Assembly (NCBI RefSeq): GCF_006345805.1
Contig: NC_042998.1
Span: 118,916,001-118,980,000, forward strand
Source: Octopus sinensis
Taxonomy: Eukaryota
Length of the DNA: 64,000 nt
Direction of reading: 5' to 3'
This document shows positions 25,279-38,344 of this stretch, piece by piece. The translations under genes and the position numbers were made by a program. The notes beneath the pieces are model-generated. The model was not told the DNA's origin. It saw only the letters and a program-made list of their open reading frames with translations, and searched no databases. How positions within the stretch are numbered: position 1 is the first letter of the stretch; every line of letters begins with the position of its first letter.

Positions 25279-26351
25279 CAGGGTGTTCGGGCTAAATTTC
25301 ACAGTTTGCATAAGAGGAAAAGAAAACAACATCCCATACAAATATAAAAGTCATTTTAAAATATCAACTAGTCTATGGCTAGGGGATAATAGATTACTTA
25401 AAGTATCCACCTTCTGATTCCATCACAGCCTCAAAACAGCTCCAGAACCTGGCACATGCGTTCCTCACTCTGTCCCTGAGAAGATCTTCGAACACCAACT
25501 TGATCTTGGCCACCAGCTCCGAGTTAGTGTTGCAGGCAGAGCGAGTAGCATCGTTCTTAATCGTGCCACACACACATAGTATTATATGCACAAGGCTTTC
25601 TATTATAGGCACAAGGCTTGAAATTTGGGGGTGGGGAATAGTCGATTATATCGAACCCAGTACTCAACTGGTACTTAACTTATCGACCCTGAAAGGATTA
25701 AAGGTGAAGGCGATCTCGGCGCAATTTGAACTCAGAACGCAATTTGAACTAAGCATTTCGTCCAGCGCACTGACGATTCTGCCAAGGGATTAAAATCGAG
25801 GAATTTAGGAGGCCAGAAATTAGGACTGTGGGTTGTAGAAATATTCCGAAAGCTACTTCTATCTCTTTCCGGATGTATGGAAATGAGCCACATCCTGCTG
25901 CTGTACATATGGCCTTTCAGTAGCAACCTTCTTCATCCAAGGGATGACCATAGTCTTCAGTAACTCGACGTAGCCGTCTGAATTGACCCTACTCAAAGAT
26001 GTAGTGATGAATTCCGGCGAGTGTATGCAGTCAGAATTCCTGTTGTGTTCCTCACTGCTTGCCAACGTTTCATAGTCTCCGTTGCAGTTGTCTGTGTCAC
26101 ACCTTACAGCCTTTACAGTGTTCAAAAAGCATTGACCAGCAGTCACTGCATCGGCAATTTGATACCCGGCACGAATCATCATGATACAGATAATTCCTTT
26201 GCAATATTAAGATGGCTTCCAGGCCTCCATGTCAATTAACGTTCTCTCAACTACGACTTTATTAAACTCTATGCTCTCAAAGTCTGTTTTCTGTTCATTA
26301 GTTGTTCTTGAAGAATACAAGAAATCGTCAGGTTTAGCCCGAACACCCTTT
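25279..26351 (-). mobile_element. Internally deleted Tc1/mariner element of maT/DD37D type
   Basis: TIRs (ta)cagggtgttcgggctaaa at 25279 and tttagcccgaacaccct at about 26333-26350. Transposase relic RVNSDGYVELLKTMVIPW...QQDVAHFH...FWPPKFLDFNPL/YxVCG...RNACARFWSCFEAVMESEGGYFK*. Confidence 0.85.
25582..25784 (-). mobile_element. SINE (family 1) nested in the maT-type transposase
   Basis: SINE core interrupts the DFNPL-DY motif. Confidence 0.85.
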
Positions 26352-28329
26352 TATCCTGTCTATTTAGAACAGTTTGTTGAACTTGATAGAGAGCGAGGTT
26401 TACTGCTATTCCCAGCAGGTACAAGATTCCTCTTTGACTCATCATCCTCTTAGTAACATTTACCGGTTAATGAGCAGCATGTGTTAAGCATGTGTTAAAT
26501 CTGTTTTGATCATCATAAGGAAATATGTTATGTAACAACGAATGATACTTCTGATATTTATTTTTTTTTAAATGATTCGGCCATTCAACTATGACCAGAT
26601 TGCATCGCTGCAGAGTATTACAATCACGTGAATTGCATCGAAACTGCACATACAGTGCAGCATGGCCACAGTCAAATGACTGAAACAAGTAAAAGAGCAA
26701 AAGAGCAAAGAACATACAGGTAACTAACTACTTTCCACTCAGAACTACATCGCTCAAACTGTGGAAGCCCGAAAGCGACAGCATTTTCGACAGCCACACA
26801 CTCTTCATATCGCGTCCTGAAATTCACACCCCGTATTCTTCTACAACTCTGCACGGAGTTTTGCCCTTATAGACTCTTATAGAATTTCAAAAGCATTTTT
26901 CTTAGCATGTACTTTTTTTTCTTTCAGATTACCAGCAATGAACACACCCTGTATTCAAGTTTGTCATTTCTTATTTCCTTCTTTTGCTTACTTTTCATTT
27001 CGTGTTCTTAATCATAATTTCTACCCTAAAAAAGTTTATTTGTTTACATTACAGCACGTTCGTAACCACGCAGCAGAATTAAGTTCAACTTTAATGCGGT
27101 GTTCATTCTGCGAAAACGAGTAATTCGCGTTCATGCATATTTTTATGATGTCCTTTTCTCTTTTGCCTTTTGTATAGATTATCTCTCATTCACACGTATC
27201 ATAAACTGTTCACATTGCATGGTTTTTGCAACATGTCTTCGCGTAAATGTTTGCAGTTTTCGCAGGTTATTTAATCTTTGCAGCACTATTCTATGTTTTA
27301 CTTTCTAGGAAAAATAATCAACGTTCATACATATATATGCACGCACCACTACACGCAGCTACACACCTGCGCCTTAATATTTGTGACTTCATTGAGTTGT
27401 TTCCCATGTCTGAGCCTATATTCTGCTTTCTCTTCCCTCTAAGTGCACGTCAAATGTCTTTTCGGATTATGTCCAGGCACCCCACACTTTCCTCTCTATA
27501 CGGCCCCAGTTTTGTCAAGGTATATGTAAGGTTTACCTGGTTCTGTACACCAGCAAGAATCTTACACTTTGTCATTCCTGCTTGCCCACAGCAGTTCCAC
27601 ATGACCGCAACACTAGATAAATTAGGCCCCTATACTTCTTTTAAGGCACTTACTACAGAATGCAAGGGGCTATCAGAAATTTTCCTATTATATCATAGAT
27701 TGAGAATGCACTCTCTCGCCTGATTTTTTAATGAAAATTTGCAGCCACACCGTTTTTTTCCTGCACATGTATACGCAATCGTACGTTCAGTTAACACTAC
27801 CAGGAAACCGATACGCAGGAAGCCAATACGCGCAATGCCGATAACCACGAAGCCTAGATGCAAACTATACACAGGAGCGACATTGCAGATTATTTCAACC
27901 CACTCTCGAATAGGCACCTGTTATTCTGTAAACGTCACCTCAGTTTCCGCTGATATCCATGTTTCTTCTGGTTTCCTTCTCACCCACCTATACACTTCAA
28001 CTTTTTCGCTCCCAGTTCAGAACGTTGTTCAATTTACATTTCAATTTAGCTTTTATCTTCCCTTTTTCCTTCCGTTCATCTAGTAGTCAACGAACGATGA
28101 GCTTAACTGCCTACAAAACGAATAATAAAACTGCAAAAAAATCTATGTTCAACAACAACTCAAAGAAGTTTTATTTTGTAACTATAAATATATGCTACTG
28201 TAAGTTGTCACGACAAAATAATATGCCATATCATCACTAATAATTTTCTCTTGTCATTTACCTACTACTTACAATCATTTTATAAATGTAATTATGCGTG
28301 TATACAAACACACATACACACACTCACAT

Positions 28330-28369
<40 letters not shown>

Positions 28370-28911
28370 GCATGTATGTATGTATGTATGTATATAATAG
28401 ACATATACATATGCATAAATATGTACATATATGTACATATATGTATATACATGTATATGTACACACAAGCATATACAAACACATATATGTATCCGTTCAT
28501 CTATATGTATATGTGTCTATATGCATACATATGTATGTGTCTGTGTGCGTGTATTTTCACTATACCTATGGAATGGTCGCAACAGTCAATTTACAATATA
28601 GTACTCGATACAGATGCCTTAGCTACACTGCTTCTATATGATACCTAAACTCACTAGATATAACAACCAGTTAGATTTATCTTTCTTTCTCTCTCTCTCT
28701 TTTTCTCTTTCTCTCTCTCTCTCTCTTTCTCTTCATCTGTCGCTTTCTCAAAACACAGCCCTTTAAAAATGGAACTATATTGATTAATGTGGGCTTAATA
28801 CACTGAGCGAGAGAACAGATGCAGTTGCCAGAACTGTAATATATTTTAACATATGCTTAGATCAAGATTATCCTATGAATAAGCAACAATAAATAATATA
28901 ATAATTATTAA

Positions 28912-29142
28912 TTTCTTTACTACCCACAAGGGGCTAAATGCAGAGAAGACAAACAAGGACAGACAAACGGATTAAATCGATTATATCGCCCCCAGTGCGT
29001 AACTGGTACTTATTTAATCGACCCCGAAAGGATGAAAGGCAAAGTCGACCTCGGTGGAATTTGAACTCAGAATGTAACGGCAGACGAAATACGGCTACGC
29101 ATTTCGCCCGGCGTGCTAACGTTTCTGCCTGCTCGCTGCCTT
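28912..29142 (-). mobile_element. tRNA-derived SINE (family 1), full length and well preserved
   Basis: Complete reverse complement from ggcagcgagcaggcagaaacgttagcacgccgggcgaaatg to ccccttgtgggtagtaaagaaat. Confidence 0.92.
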
Positions 29143-29216
29143 TATAAATAATACACATCGACACAAACTACTAAATACAGCAGCTGCATGCCCCATGAAT
29201 GACACTATTATCTTAC

Positions 29217-29259
29217 GACAGTAGACATATTGGATGATATAGTCTTCGATATACTATTC
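29217..29259 (-). CDS. Candidate 43-nt internal exon (phase 2 to phase 0)
   Basis: Acceptor cctgtccttcattttcAG and donor GTAAGA. Reads (R)NSISKTISSNMSTV in frame with the phase-2 donor at 35843. Confidence 0.4.
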
Positions 29260-29494
29260 CTGAAAATGAAGGACAGGTTGGTTATGGCTTGAATATATTT
29301 CATAGATCTACCCAATCTTTTGAGCCCGAGGCTAAATTAAGCACATGAGCAAATATATCGTCAACGATAAATTGTTAGCTTCCATATCTAAATTCAAATA
29401 TACATAGATTGTAAATAAATGGAGGCTGCCTGGATGGCACAACCCAGATGTATTAAAAAATACATTTCCTACTCTAACTGGACGACTAGTTAGT

Positions 29495-29810
29495 GTATGT
29501 ATGTATGTATGTATGTATGTATGTATGTATGTATGTATGTATGTATGTATGTATGTATGTATGTATGTATGTATGTTTGTATATATGTATGTATGTATGT
29601 TTGTATGTATCTATGTATGTATGAATGTATGTATGTATGTATGTATGTATGTACGTACGTACGTATGTACGTATGTTTGTATGTACGTACGTATGTATGT
29701 ATGTATGTATGTATGTATGTATGTATGTTTGTATGTATGTATGTATGTATGTTTGTATGTATCTATGTATGTATGAATGTATGTATGTATGTATGTTTGT
29801 ATGTATGTAT
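29495..29810. repeat. (TATG)n compound microsatellite
   Basis: Direct inspection. Confidence 0.98.
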
Positions 29811-30267
29811 TGAAAATATTAAGAAAATTGATAATAAGGCTCATAACAAAAAATGAAATTGTATAATATAAAAGTAGAAGACAGGAAACATGATGTTTTT
29901 AGATGCCGGAGTGGGGAAAAGCTCATAAAATATGAATATTTAAATTAAAAAATACTAATATGTTAATGTTTAGGCAATATGAAAGAAATAAATGAACTAT
30001 GCAATTGGGAAATCAAGAAACGCAAACAAAGAGTTGCTATGTTTATAAAACGTGAGCTTGTTGATAATGATAAACGTAGTACACATTCTAGATACTGACG
30101 TAAACAAAATAACTCTCAAAGCAACAAAACCAATTTAGTTTACAAATATGTTGTAAACAAATGTAAATTCAAGCAGATACGCAATCACCCCGAGGCAAAT
30201 TTTACTAGCCTCCGGTCCACGAATGATTTGCAAATGAAATTTGGTCTTCGGGAACTGTGCAGAGACG

Positions 30268-30298
<31 letters not shown>

Positions 30299-30479
30299 GT
30301 ATGTATGTATGTATGCATGTATGTATGTATGTATGAATGATTGCATGCATGCATGTATGTATGTATGCATGCATGTGTGTATGTATGCATGCATGTGTGT
30401 ATGTATGCATGCATGCATGTATGTATGGTGTTATTATTTCTAGATTTATACCATTGCTATATAGAACCTGAACACACGA

Positions 30480-30900
30480 CCAAACTTGGATCGTCTGGAT
30501 AAACTAGTTCCTCAGTAGATAACATTCGAATTAACAGTAAACGGAATAGGTGAGGGAAAATTTCATGTAGCTTGATGACGTAACCTATCGTTAAAACTTG
30601 TTTCAAAATATTCACAAGAAATATTTCCACCCAACTTAGGCTTTTCAGGAAAATTACGGTTAAGGTTTTGTATTCTACCACTCTTAACTTAGCATGTATT
30701 ATTTGCAACCTCAAATAGATACAAACTACTCAGCCGAAATACTGATTCATACCAATTAACTAAAATTAGTAATAGCATCGAGATTTTATCTAGTCGAAAG
30801 GCCGACAGAGCAGATATTCTGAATATGCACCAACCTGCGCTCGAAAAATTGAAATCTACAACGATTATTATAGGGTGTATATTCTAGCTGTGCTACACCA
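30480..30900 (+). mobile_element. Possible Penelope-like fragment (RT-to-GIY-YIG linker)
   Basis: FRKITVKVLYSTTLNLACII resembles the Penelope-like FNRNNVKxSYSCxPNxxxII motif; highly decayed. Confidence 0.4.
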
Positions 30901-30954
30901 CCATTCTTAGATCCCAGCACCCCATAAAGCTTACTCAGCACATAACATATTAGT

Positions 30955-31165
30955 TTCAAATGTTGGCACAAGCTAGCACTTTAAGGGAGGGGATAAGTTG
31001 ATAACACTGAGCCCAGTGTTTAACTAGTACTTATTTTATCGACCCCAAATAGATGAAAGGCAAAGTCGCCTCGGGCCCATTTGAATTCAAAATGTAAAGT
31101 CATAAGAAATACCGCTAAACATTTTTCCTGGCGTAGTAACGTCTCTGCCAGCTCGCCGCCTTATA
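30955..31165 (-). mobile_element. tRNA-derived SINE (family 1)
   Basis: Reverse complement of the family consensus, ending ...gccagctcgccgcc. Confidence 0.85.
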
Positions 31166-31732
31166 ACAACATACTAGCTTCTCTGAGTATTAGCACTTGT
31201 AATTGTAGGATTTGCATGAGAACTAATGTTGAGTATGAGCGCACCATAACCCTCAGCACTTCAAATTGTTACATATGTGCCACAATCAACTTTCTTAAGA
31301 GACACAGCTCTATGCATTATCTGGTACTGCATCAGGGCATTATTATTATAATGAATTCTTTTAATCACAGGTTTTGTTGCAACACCTGGAGTCACGCTTG
31401 CGTAGCGGGCTTGCTGCCTGCAGCCTACCGTACTATGTTATCCGTTCCTTCAACTGTCTAATAGGGGCACGCAACATCAAATATATAACACATGTGGTGC
31501 ATCTTGTCGACCACCACTAGGTACAGTCTAGTAAGCTCTAGCACCTGATCGATTTGGATTGTGAAAATCCCAGAGGATCTCGCTAGTCTCCGACTCCACC
31601 ACTCTACGGTTTATGCTCATACTGCGTCCTGCCTCTCTCTAACCCCTTTTCGCACAGTTTCCAATGTAGTATTTTCGCTAGCTTATCATGTCGCCACTTA
31701 TCATTATAATTATAATAATAATAATAATAATA

Positions 31733-31783
<51 letters not shown>

Positions 31784-31789
31784 GTTATT

Positions 31790-33978
31790 ACTTTTTTTTC
31801 TTCTTTCAAATTTGCTTCCATTTCTTGCCGAGTGTCTTCCCGACTCCTAGGGCAAAGAAACTCATAGTATGCATTGGTAGGCCATTAAACCAAACTCAAT
31901 AGTTCGTTCATTTTTTTTTTTTAAGTTAAATTAAAATACATGAGCAGCAACAGTTCTCACATCGACAATGCTCTTCTCAATACGTGTGATGTACCAGTTA
32001 AGACAATCTTTTGCACTTCTTGCAGGGATGGTAAGCCAGGGATCATTCTCATATAATTTTCGGTTCCCTTCTTGATCATTCCTAGTGCTCCTACGATCAC
32101 TGGTATTGTAACCGCCTTGAGATGCCACATTTTCTCAATTTCAATGAGTAGGTCTTTATATTTTCTGAGATTGTCAAACTCTTTCGCTGAGATATTATGA
32201 TCACAGGGGATGCTCATGTCGATCAATAAGCAAACTTTATTGTTTTGGTCTTTCACAACAATATCTGGTTTATTGGCCTTGATGGTTCGGTCTGTATGTA
32301 CTGGAAAGTCCCACAGAATGGTTACATTTTCTCCTTCAGTTACAGCATTTTCTCCTTCAGTTACATATTGTAACTGAAGTTTTGATATTGTAATGTTTTG
32401 ATATTGTAATGCCGACTTATTAGCCAGTGTAGATATTGGCCAACTCTGTCATGTCTTAATTTATACTTCACTGGTGCTAAGACTTTACATCCAGAGATTA
32501 GGTGGTCCACTGTTTCAATCATGTCGTTGTAGAATCGGCATTTTGGGTCTGCTCCATTTTTCATCACATTGGTCTGGTAGTTCCGGGTTAATAGGCTTTG
32601 ATCTTGAGCAGCCAGGATGAAACCTTCGCTCTCTGCTTTTAGCCCTGAGCTCCGTAGCCACTGATGGGTTTGCTTCTGGTCAACATCAGCTTGTTTGCTG
32701 CGGGCCACATATTTGCCGTGCAGAGGTTTCTCCTCCCACCTATCAGCCAATTGCTCGTGCGCTTTTTTCGTTGCCATTATTTTTACCTTCTTTGCAACAA
32801 TAGTTGCTGTACTTCCCTCGGGTTGTTCAGTTTGGGTATCCTGCACGAGATCAATAGCACATTTTTTGCTTTCCTTTCTGATAGAATGAAGCTTCTTTCG
32901 TCTCTCGTGATTTTCCACGAGCTTTAGCATCCAGTCATTCGTTATTTCGAGATATTTGGCCAGTCCAATTGTGGTTGTTCTGTAAGCTAGTTCAAACTGG
33001 ATCAGGCCTCTACCTCCTTGGGCTCTGGGAAGGTAAAGGCGATCTACGTCTGCCTTTGGGTGGTGCATCCTATTACAACTCAGCAGCTTGCGTATTTTCA
33101 TCTCTATATTCTTTACTTTACTCATATTCCAGTTCAGCACATAGTAGCTATAAGTAACAACTGGAACTGCTAAGGAATTTATAGCTAACACCTTGTTACG
33201 TGCATTTAGTTCAGATTTCAGGACTGCACGAACTCTCCTATAACATTCCTTCCTGATCTTCTCTTTCATGCTTGCATGCTGAATACCAGAGCCTTCATTT
33301 ATCCCTAAATATTTGTATGTTTGTTCTTGCTCAAGCTCTCTTATGACTGTGTCAACATCTAACACGACTGAATTTGTGGTCTTCACTTTCCCTTTCTGGA
33401 AAGTGGCCTTGGCACACTTCTCAAGTCCAAACTCCATCCCGATGTCATCGCTGAATGCTTTCACAGTGCGCAATAGGTCTTCAAGTTCATTATTGTCTTT
33501 ACCATAGAGTTTTAAGTCATCCATATAAAATAGATGGCTTATTTTTTTATTGGCAATTTTATACCCATACCCTGTTCTGTTTAATTCACTTGTAAGGGGT
33601 ATTAGGGCTATGCAGAATATTAAAGGTGAAAGTGAGTCACCTTGAAAAATTCCACAGTTGATGTTTATATTTTCTGAGGCAAGTACTCCATTAGAGTGGT
33701 ATAATTGGAGATTCGTATTCCACAACGACATATTGTGCTTCAGGAAGTTTGAAAACACAGGGGAAATTTTGAAGACGTCCAGCGATCTCAAGATCCATGG
33801 ATGCGGTATACTGTCGAAGGCCTTTTTATAGTCAATCCATGCGGAGCTGAGATTTCTGCGCTTGTTGTGACAGTTCTCAAGGATCATACGATTAATTAGC
33901 AGTTGATCTTTGCATCCGTAAGAGCCTCGGCGGCACCCTTTTTGTTCAATGGGGAAAATATCGTTCTGCATGAATGCA
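31790..33978 (-). mobile_element. R4/Dong-type RLE retrotransposon, 5'-truncated, relatively young, flanked by (TAA)n on both sides
   Basis: 536-aa stop-free ORF 33971-32361 with EQKGCRRGSYGCKDQLL, WIDYKKAFDSIPHPW, GIFQGDSLSPL, HLFYMDDLKLY and the CCHC-like CRFY...ETVDHLISGC. Then endonuclease NKPDIVVKD...IDMSIPCD...YKDL...IVGALG. 3' UTR with (TAA)n tail at 31738-31790; (TAA)n at 33988-34022 on the 5' side. Confidence 0.95.
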
Positions 33979-33982
33979 TATG

Positions 33983-34021
<39 letters not shown>

Positions 34022-34023
<2 letters not shown>

Positions 34024-34497
34024 GAACGAGAGAGTAATGAGTACCATCAAAGTGACATAGATGGCACAAATATACGAAGGCCAATATACCCGTCATGACT
34101 ACCAATCTGATAAGGGTACGCCAGGCACATGCATCACAATCATATATGCATGACATTCTGATCTCATATCAAGATAAATGACGCATGACTTTGCAAGTGG
34201 CGCCCAGTTAGAAATTTTCTTCTCATCAAGTAGTCTATCCCGCTCAAAGAAGTCCACTCACCCCATGGCTATGATGCTCCTCCACTAGTCCTGTTCGTGA
34301 TAAGAGATACACATATCATCAGTCAATAAAGACATGCTTAACTGTTTAAGGTCAAGCAACTGAGAACAAATCTGTGGTACCGAACAGAATATTTGCTGTA
34401 ACCCATCTTTTATATCAAGGAAAACCATGTACATAATAACACTTCCAATCAGTTATGATCAGAAGTCATGAGAGCCACTGCCTTGTAATGCATCGGT
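34022..34497 (-). mobile_element. Non-coding ~480-bp interspersed element with (TAA)n tail (putative non-autonomous retroposon)
   Basis: No ORF and no Pol III boxes. The minus strand ends ...ctctctcgttc(aat)n and its other flank is degenerate TAT/ATA repeat. A similar terminus (ctggtactgcatcagggc + (att)n) lies at 31321-31350. Confidence 0.5.
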
Positions 34498-35031
34498 GTT
34501 GTAGATTATGTTGGTGTTTCTTACTACTATAATTATTAACATTATTGTTTTATTACTATTATTATATGAGTTATTCAATCACATCACCATTGTTGGCAAT
34601 GCTGTTATTATCACTACTATTATAATAATATTTATATGTGCACTTATATGTATGTATGTATGTATGCATGTATGTATGTATGTGTGTGTGTATATATGGC
34701 CCTAATGTATATAAGTTTGTGTATGTGTGTGTATTAATACTTGCAGCGTTAGACTCCTACAGCAATATGCTGCTATCAAGTGGAGTAGCAATGTGTATAA
34801 AGGTTACTTACGTAGTCTACAGAGTAACATACAGGTTAAAGAATAACAGGACAAAAATGGTTGGAATTTCAGTTAATTAATGACCATTGATCTAATAGTT
34901 TATAATCAATAATAAATAACTGCAATATATTAAAACAATCATCAAACACATCTTCAGCTGATGCTGAAATGCAATTTGGGTCAGCCTGTTATGGTTGCTT
35001 GTTGCACATTAGTGCTTCAATTTTGTTTGTC

Positions 35032-35069
<38 letters not shown>

Positions 35070-35306
35070 CTCGCAGGACATACACCAATGACATGACGTG
35101 CATATGGCGTATAAATGTGATTTCTACATAAGTTTTGGGTCTCTTGAAACAGGTTTCAAGATAATACTTTACATAATACTTCTGTTTTGTTTTATTTCTT
35201 TTCGTTATTTTGTAATCTGTATTTTGTACTCCATGTAAATATACGTCTCCAGCCTAGCTGCGTTTTTCTAGCTTTTTACTTTTCCCTCTCCCTTTCTCTC
35301 TCTTTC

Positions 35307-35366
<60 letters not shown>

Positions 35367-35401
35367 GTATATATATATATGTATATATATATGTATATAT
35401 A

Positions 35402-35444
<43 letters not shown>

Positions 35445-35842
35445 TTACTTTGAAAAATTGCATTCGGTGGGATTAGTAATATTTTTGGTAGAAATGACTA
35501 ATTGTCCCTCTTAGCGTTTGGCATGTATGTATAATGCCTTCTGGCATGTATGTATAATGCCCTCTATATATAAATTAATATGTTCAATAAGAAATAATTA
35601 TTTTCGAAATTTTTTCTCTTATGAGGTTTTTACGCTATCTACCTGACAATTTCTTGTTAAGTTTTCCTTATTAAGTAGTTGTCCTTAATTGCTAAATTTC
35701 TATATATATATATATATATAAGATACTTGTAGTACTCCTATATATGTATATATGATTCTTGTAGTGCTTCTCTTCGCCTCGAGTCTTCGAATATGTAGGA
35801 TTGAAGGTACAAGAGGTCCACTACATCAGAATGACAACTTAC

Positions 35843-36041
35843 CTTGCGTTAGGCGTTAAGCCATTTTTACTCAGAATCAAGCCACCCCACCGATGAATCT
35901 CCATGTTTTTTTCTTGTACAAGACGCGTTAGCCGAACCGGAGTGGCATTAATGACAACTATTATTGAACAGTATGAAAGAACGGAGACTATGAAGAACAG
36001 CTGGGCTGTTTCTACCCCAAGCCACCGCCCGCGCACATGCG
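35843..36041 (-). CDS. Candidate host exon (first or internal) ending in a consensus donor
   Basis: Ends AAG|GTAAGT at 35843. One frame is open throughout, with a hydrophobic stretch LFFIVSVLSYCSIIVVINA and aaaacATGG (MEIHRWGG...). Possible acceptor attttctcacAG at 36042. Locally CpG-rich. Confidence 0.45.
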
Positions 36042-36043
36042 CT
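36024..36043. promoter_or_regulatory. GC-box plus NRF1-like palindrome (ccgcccGCGCACATGCGC)
   Basis: CpG-rich motif cluster in unique DNA at the 5' end of the candidate exon. Confidence 0.35.
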
Positions 36044-37064
36044 GTGAGAAAATATCGCACGTCTCTGATGACAGTTTGTAATCAATTTGAGATTCCTTTT
36101 AGTGTTGTTCTAAGCCAACTCTACCTCACAACATTATGAAGAGGGAAATTTGAAGAATTATCTACCAACATCAAATAACTGGAAAATTGTTTTGAGAGTA
36201 TGAGCTTTAAATTGTGACACTATGGTCGCCTGATCTGCTAGAACTAACAGTCAAATCAAATTTCACTTAATCCTTTAGCATTCAGATTACTCACTCAAAT
36301 TTAATGCTTATTTATTCACATTACTTTGAAGTAATCAGGCATTCTCTCATAGCTTCGGGTTTTCAATGATGCGGCTGTTTACTTTTAAAATAACATTATT
36401 AAGTAGCCGTGAGAGAATTGACTTGGCTGGTTTCAGCATAAAGCTGGTGGTACAATATTTGAATCGGATATGGCCGCTTTGAATGTTAAAGGGTTAAATT
36501 ATAAACTCGAGAAATTTTTAAATGATATGTAACTATGTTGGATATATGGTACGGAAAAAAAAGAGAGACGATACCAAAAAAGCTTTTGTCCTACGTAAAA
36601 CATGTTACAAAGCAACAACATACCTATAAGTTTTCACTGGATATCTCTTTTTCTTTCTCTCTTTCTCTCCCTCTCACTTTCCCCATATGTATGTGTGTGT
36701 TTGTGTGTGAGTGAGAGTGTGTATACATGTTTGTGTGTGAGTGAGAGGGTGAATGCATGTTTGTAAGTAATATATATGTGCCTTTCAAGTAATCACATAA
36801 ATCTTTTGATACGTGATCTACATCATGTTTTATTCCAATGCTGCCTAATGTACGACATGGTTAACAGATAAATATTGCGGCACAGAATGTCTCCCATTTT
36901 CCAGATTCAAACATTTCTTTCATCGTTAAAATTGCAGACAACTTTTACAGCGTCACATTTTTATGACGATGCAAACATTCTTGATAATGTAATTCAATTA
37001 CACTGGACGACAATCCGTCGACGCCGACCTTAATATGCTCATTTTATAATTCATCTCTCCCTCT

Positions 37065-37069
37065 TTATT

Positions 37070-37100
<31 letters not shown>

Positions 37101-37113
37101 TTCTCTCCCTCTC

Positions 37114-37160
<47 letters not shown>
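37065..37160. repeat. (CT)n microsatellite
   Basis: Direct inspection. Confidence 0.95.
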
Positions 37161-37164
<4 letters not shown>

Positions 37165-37500
37165 CACTCACATATACACTAACTCTATGTTTCTTTCTCT
37201 CTGCATCTGCTTTTGAATATAGTAATGCAATCTCTTACCCCCCTCTCTCTCTCCCTTTCTCTCCTTCTCTCCCACCCCTCTCTCTTTCTCTGTAACTGTG
37301 TCACTGATTGTATAATTGAACTCTCTTAAACATGTATGTGTACATATATATATATGTGTGTGTGTGTGTGTATGTGAGGTTCTTTTTTTTTCATTCCCTT
37401 CTAGTTTTTATCCCTAATAGTGGCTTGAACTTTAGCTGTTCCTTCTAGCGAGAAAGGAATGCTATGACGGATACCTACCTCCTATGTGTTTAAATGTACA

Positions 37501-37545
<45 letters not shown>

Positions 37546-37584
37546 ATATATACAAATACATAAAAACACCTACTCAGACTGACA

Positions 37585-37633
37585 GGCAGGCAGATAGATA
37601 GATAAACGGACGGACAAACAGACAGACACAAAC

Positions 37634-37695
<62 letters not shown>

Positions 37696-37696
37696 G

Positions 37697-37772
<76 letters not shown>
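37585..37772. repeat. (GATA)n/(GACA)n compound microsatellite
   Basis: Direct inspection. Confidence 0.97.
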
Positions 37773-37776
<4 letters not shown>

Positions 37777-38344
37777 GAGATAGGTCTCCCTGGTAACTTG
37801 TGTCGCGATTTCTGTACTCTAATTGATTTAGATGCGTATATTGCAGCTAACAGACGCAAATACATTCTTGAACCTCCTTTCATTCGATCTCACCGGAACA
37901 TCATTAAAAGGTGTGAGGGAAGCACCAGGGATCGTCGGCTAGTACGCGTTTCAGGCGAGTATATTCGAGCAAAGTGGAATGATGTGCCTTGATCAAGGAT
38001 TCCTCGAAGACCCGCTTAACGCTCCAATATTTAAACACACAAATTTCTCACGTTAGCTCAACAGCATTACCACTTGGCGATATGCCACTATACATACATA
38101 TATACATACATCCTCTCTTGGAATTCTGATCGCTACATCACACTGCGAAGGTTATGCATTTGCAATCCACGAATAAGAGATTGCAATTAAATACCTAATA
38201 AACAAGAGATACACTAAAGCCCTTGGAGTTCCAAGATGCAATCGTAAATGTAGATTATGAAATATTTCTGCGGATGACATCACATATGCGATGAGCAGTT
38301 ACCCAATAGTATATTCAACGTACTTTCCCGCAGTGCGGGGAAAG

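Noticed and set aside
31380-31530. Plus-strand VLLQHLESRLRSGLAACSLPYYVIRSFNCLIG, faintly like a Mab-21/cGAS C-terminal helix
   Set aside because: Too short and generic, with no other exon of such a domain nearby.
35519-35562. Two-copy ~23-bp repeat tggcatgtatgtataatgcc
   Set aside because: Only two adjacent copies with no spacer. A simple slippage duplication, not CRISPR-like.
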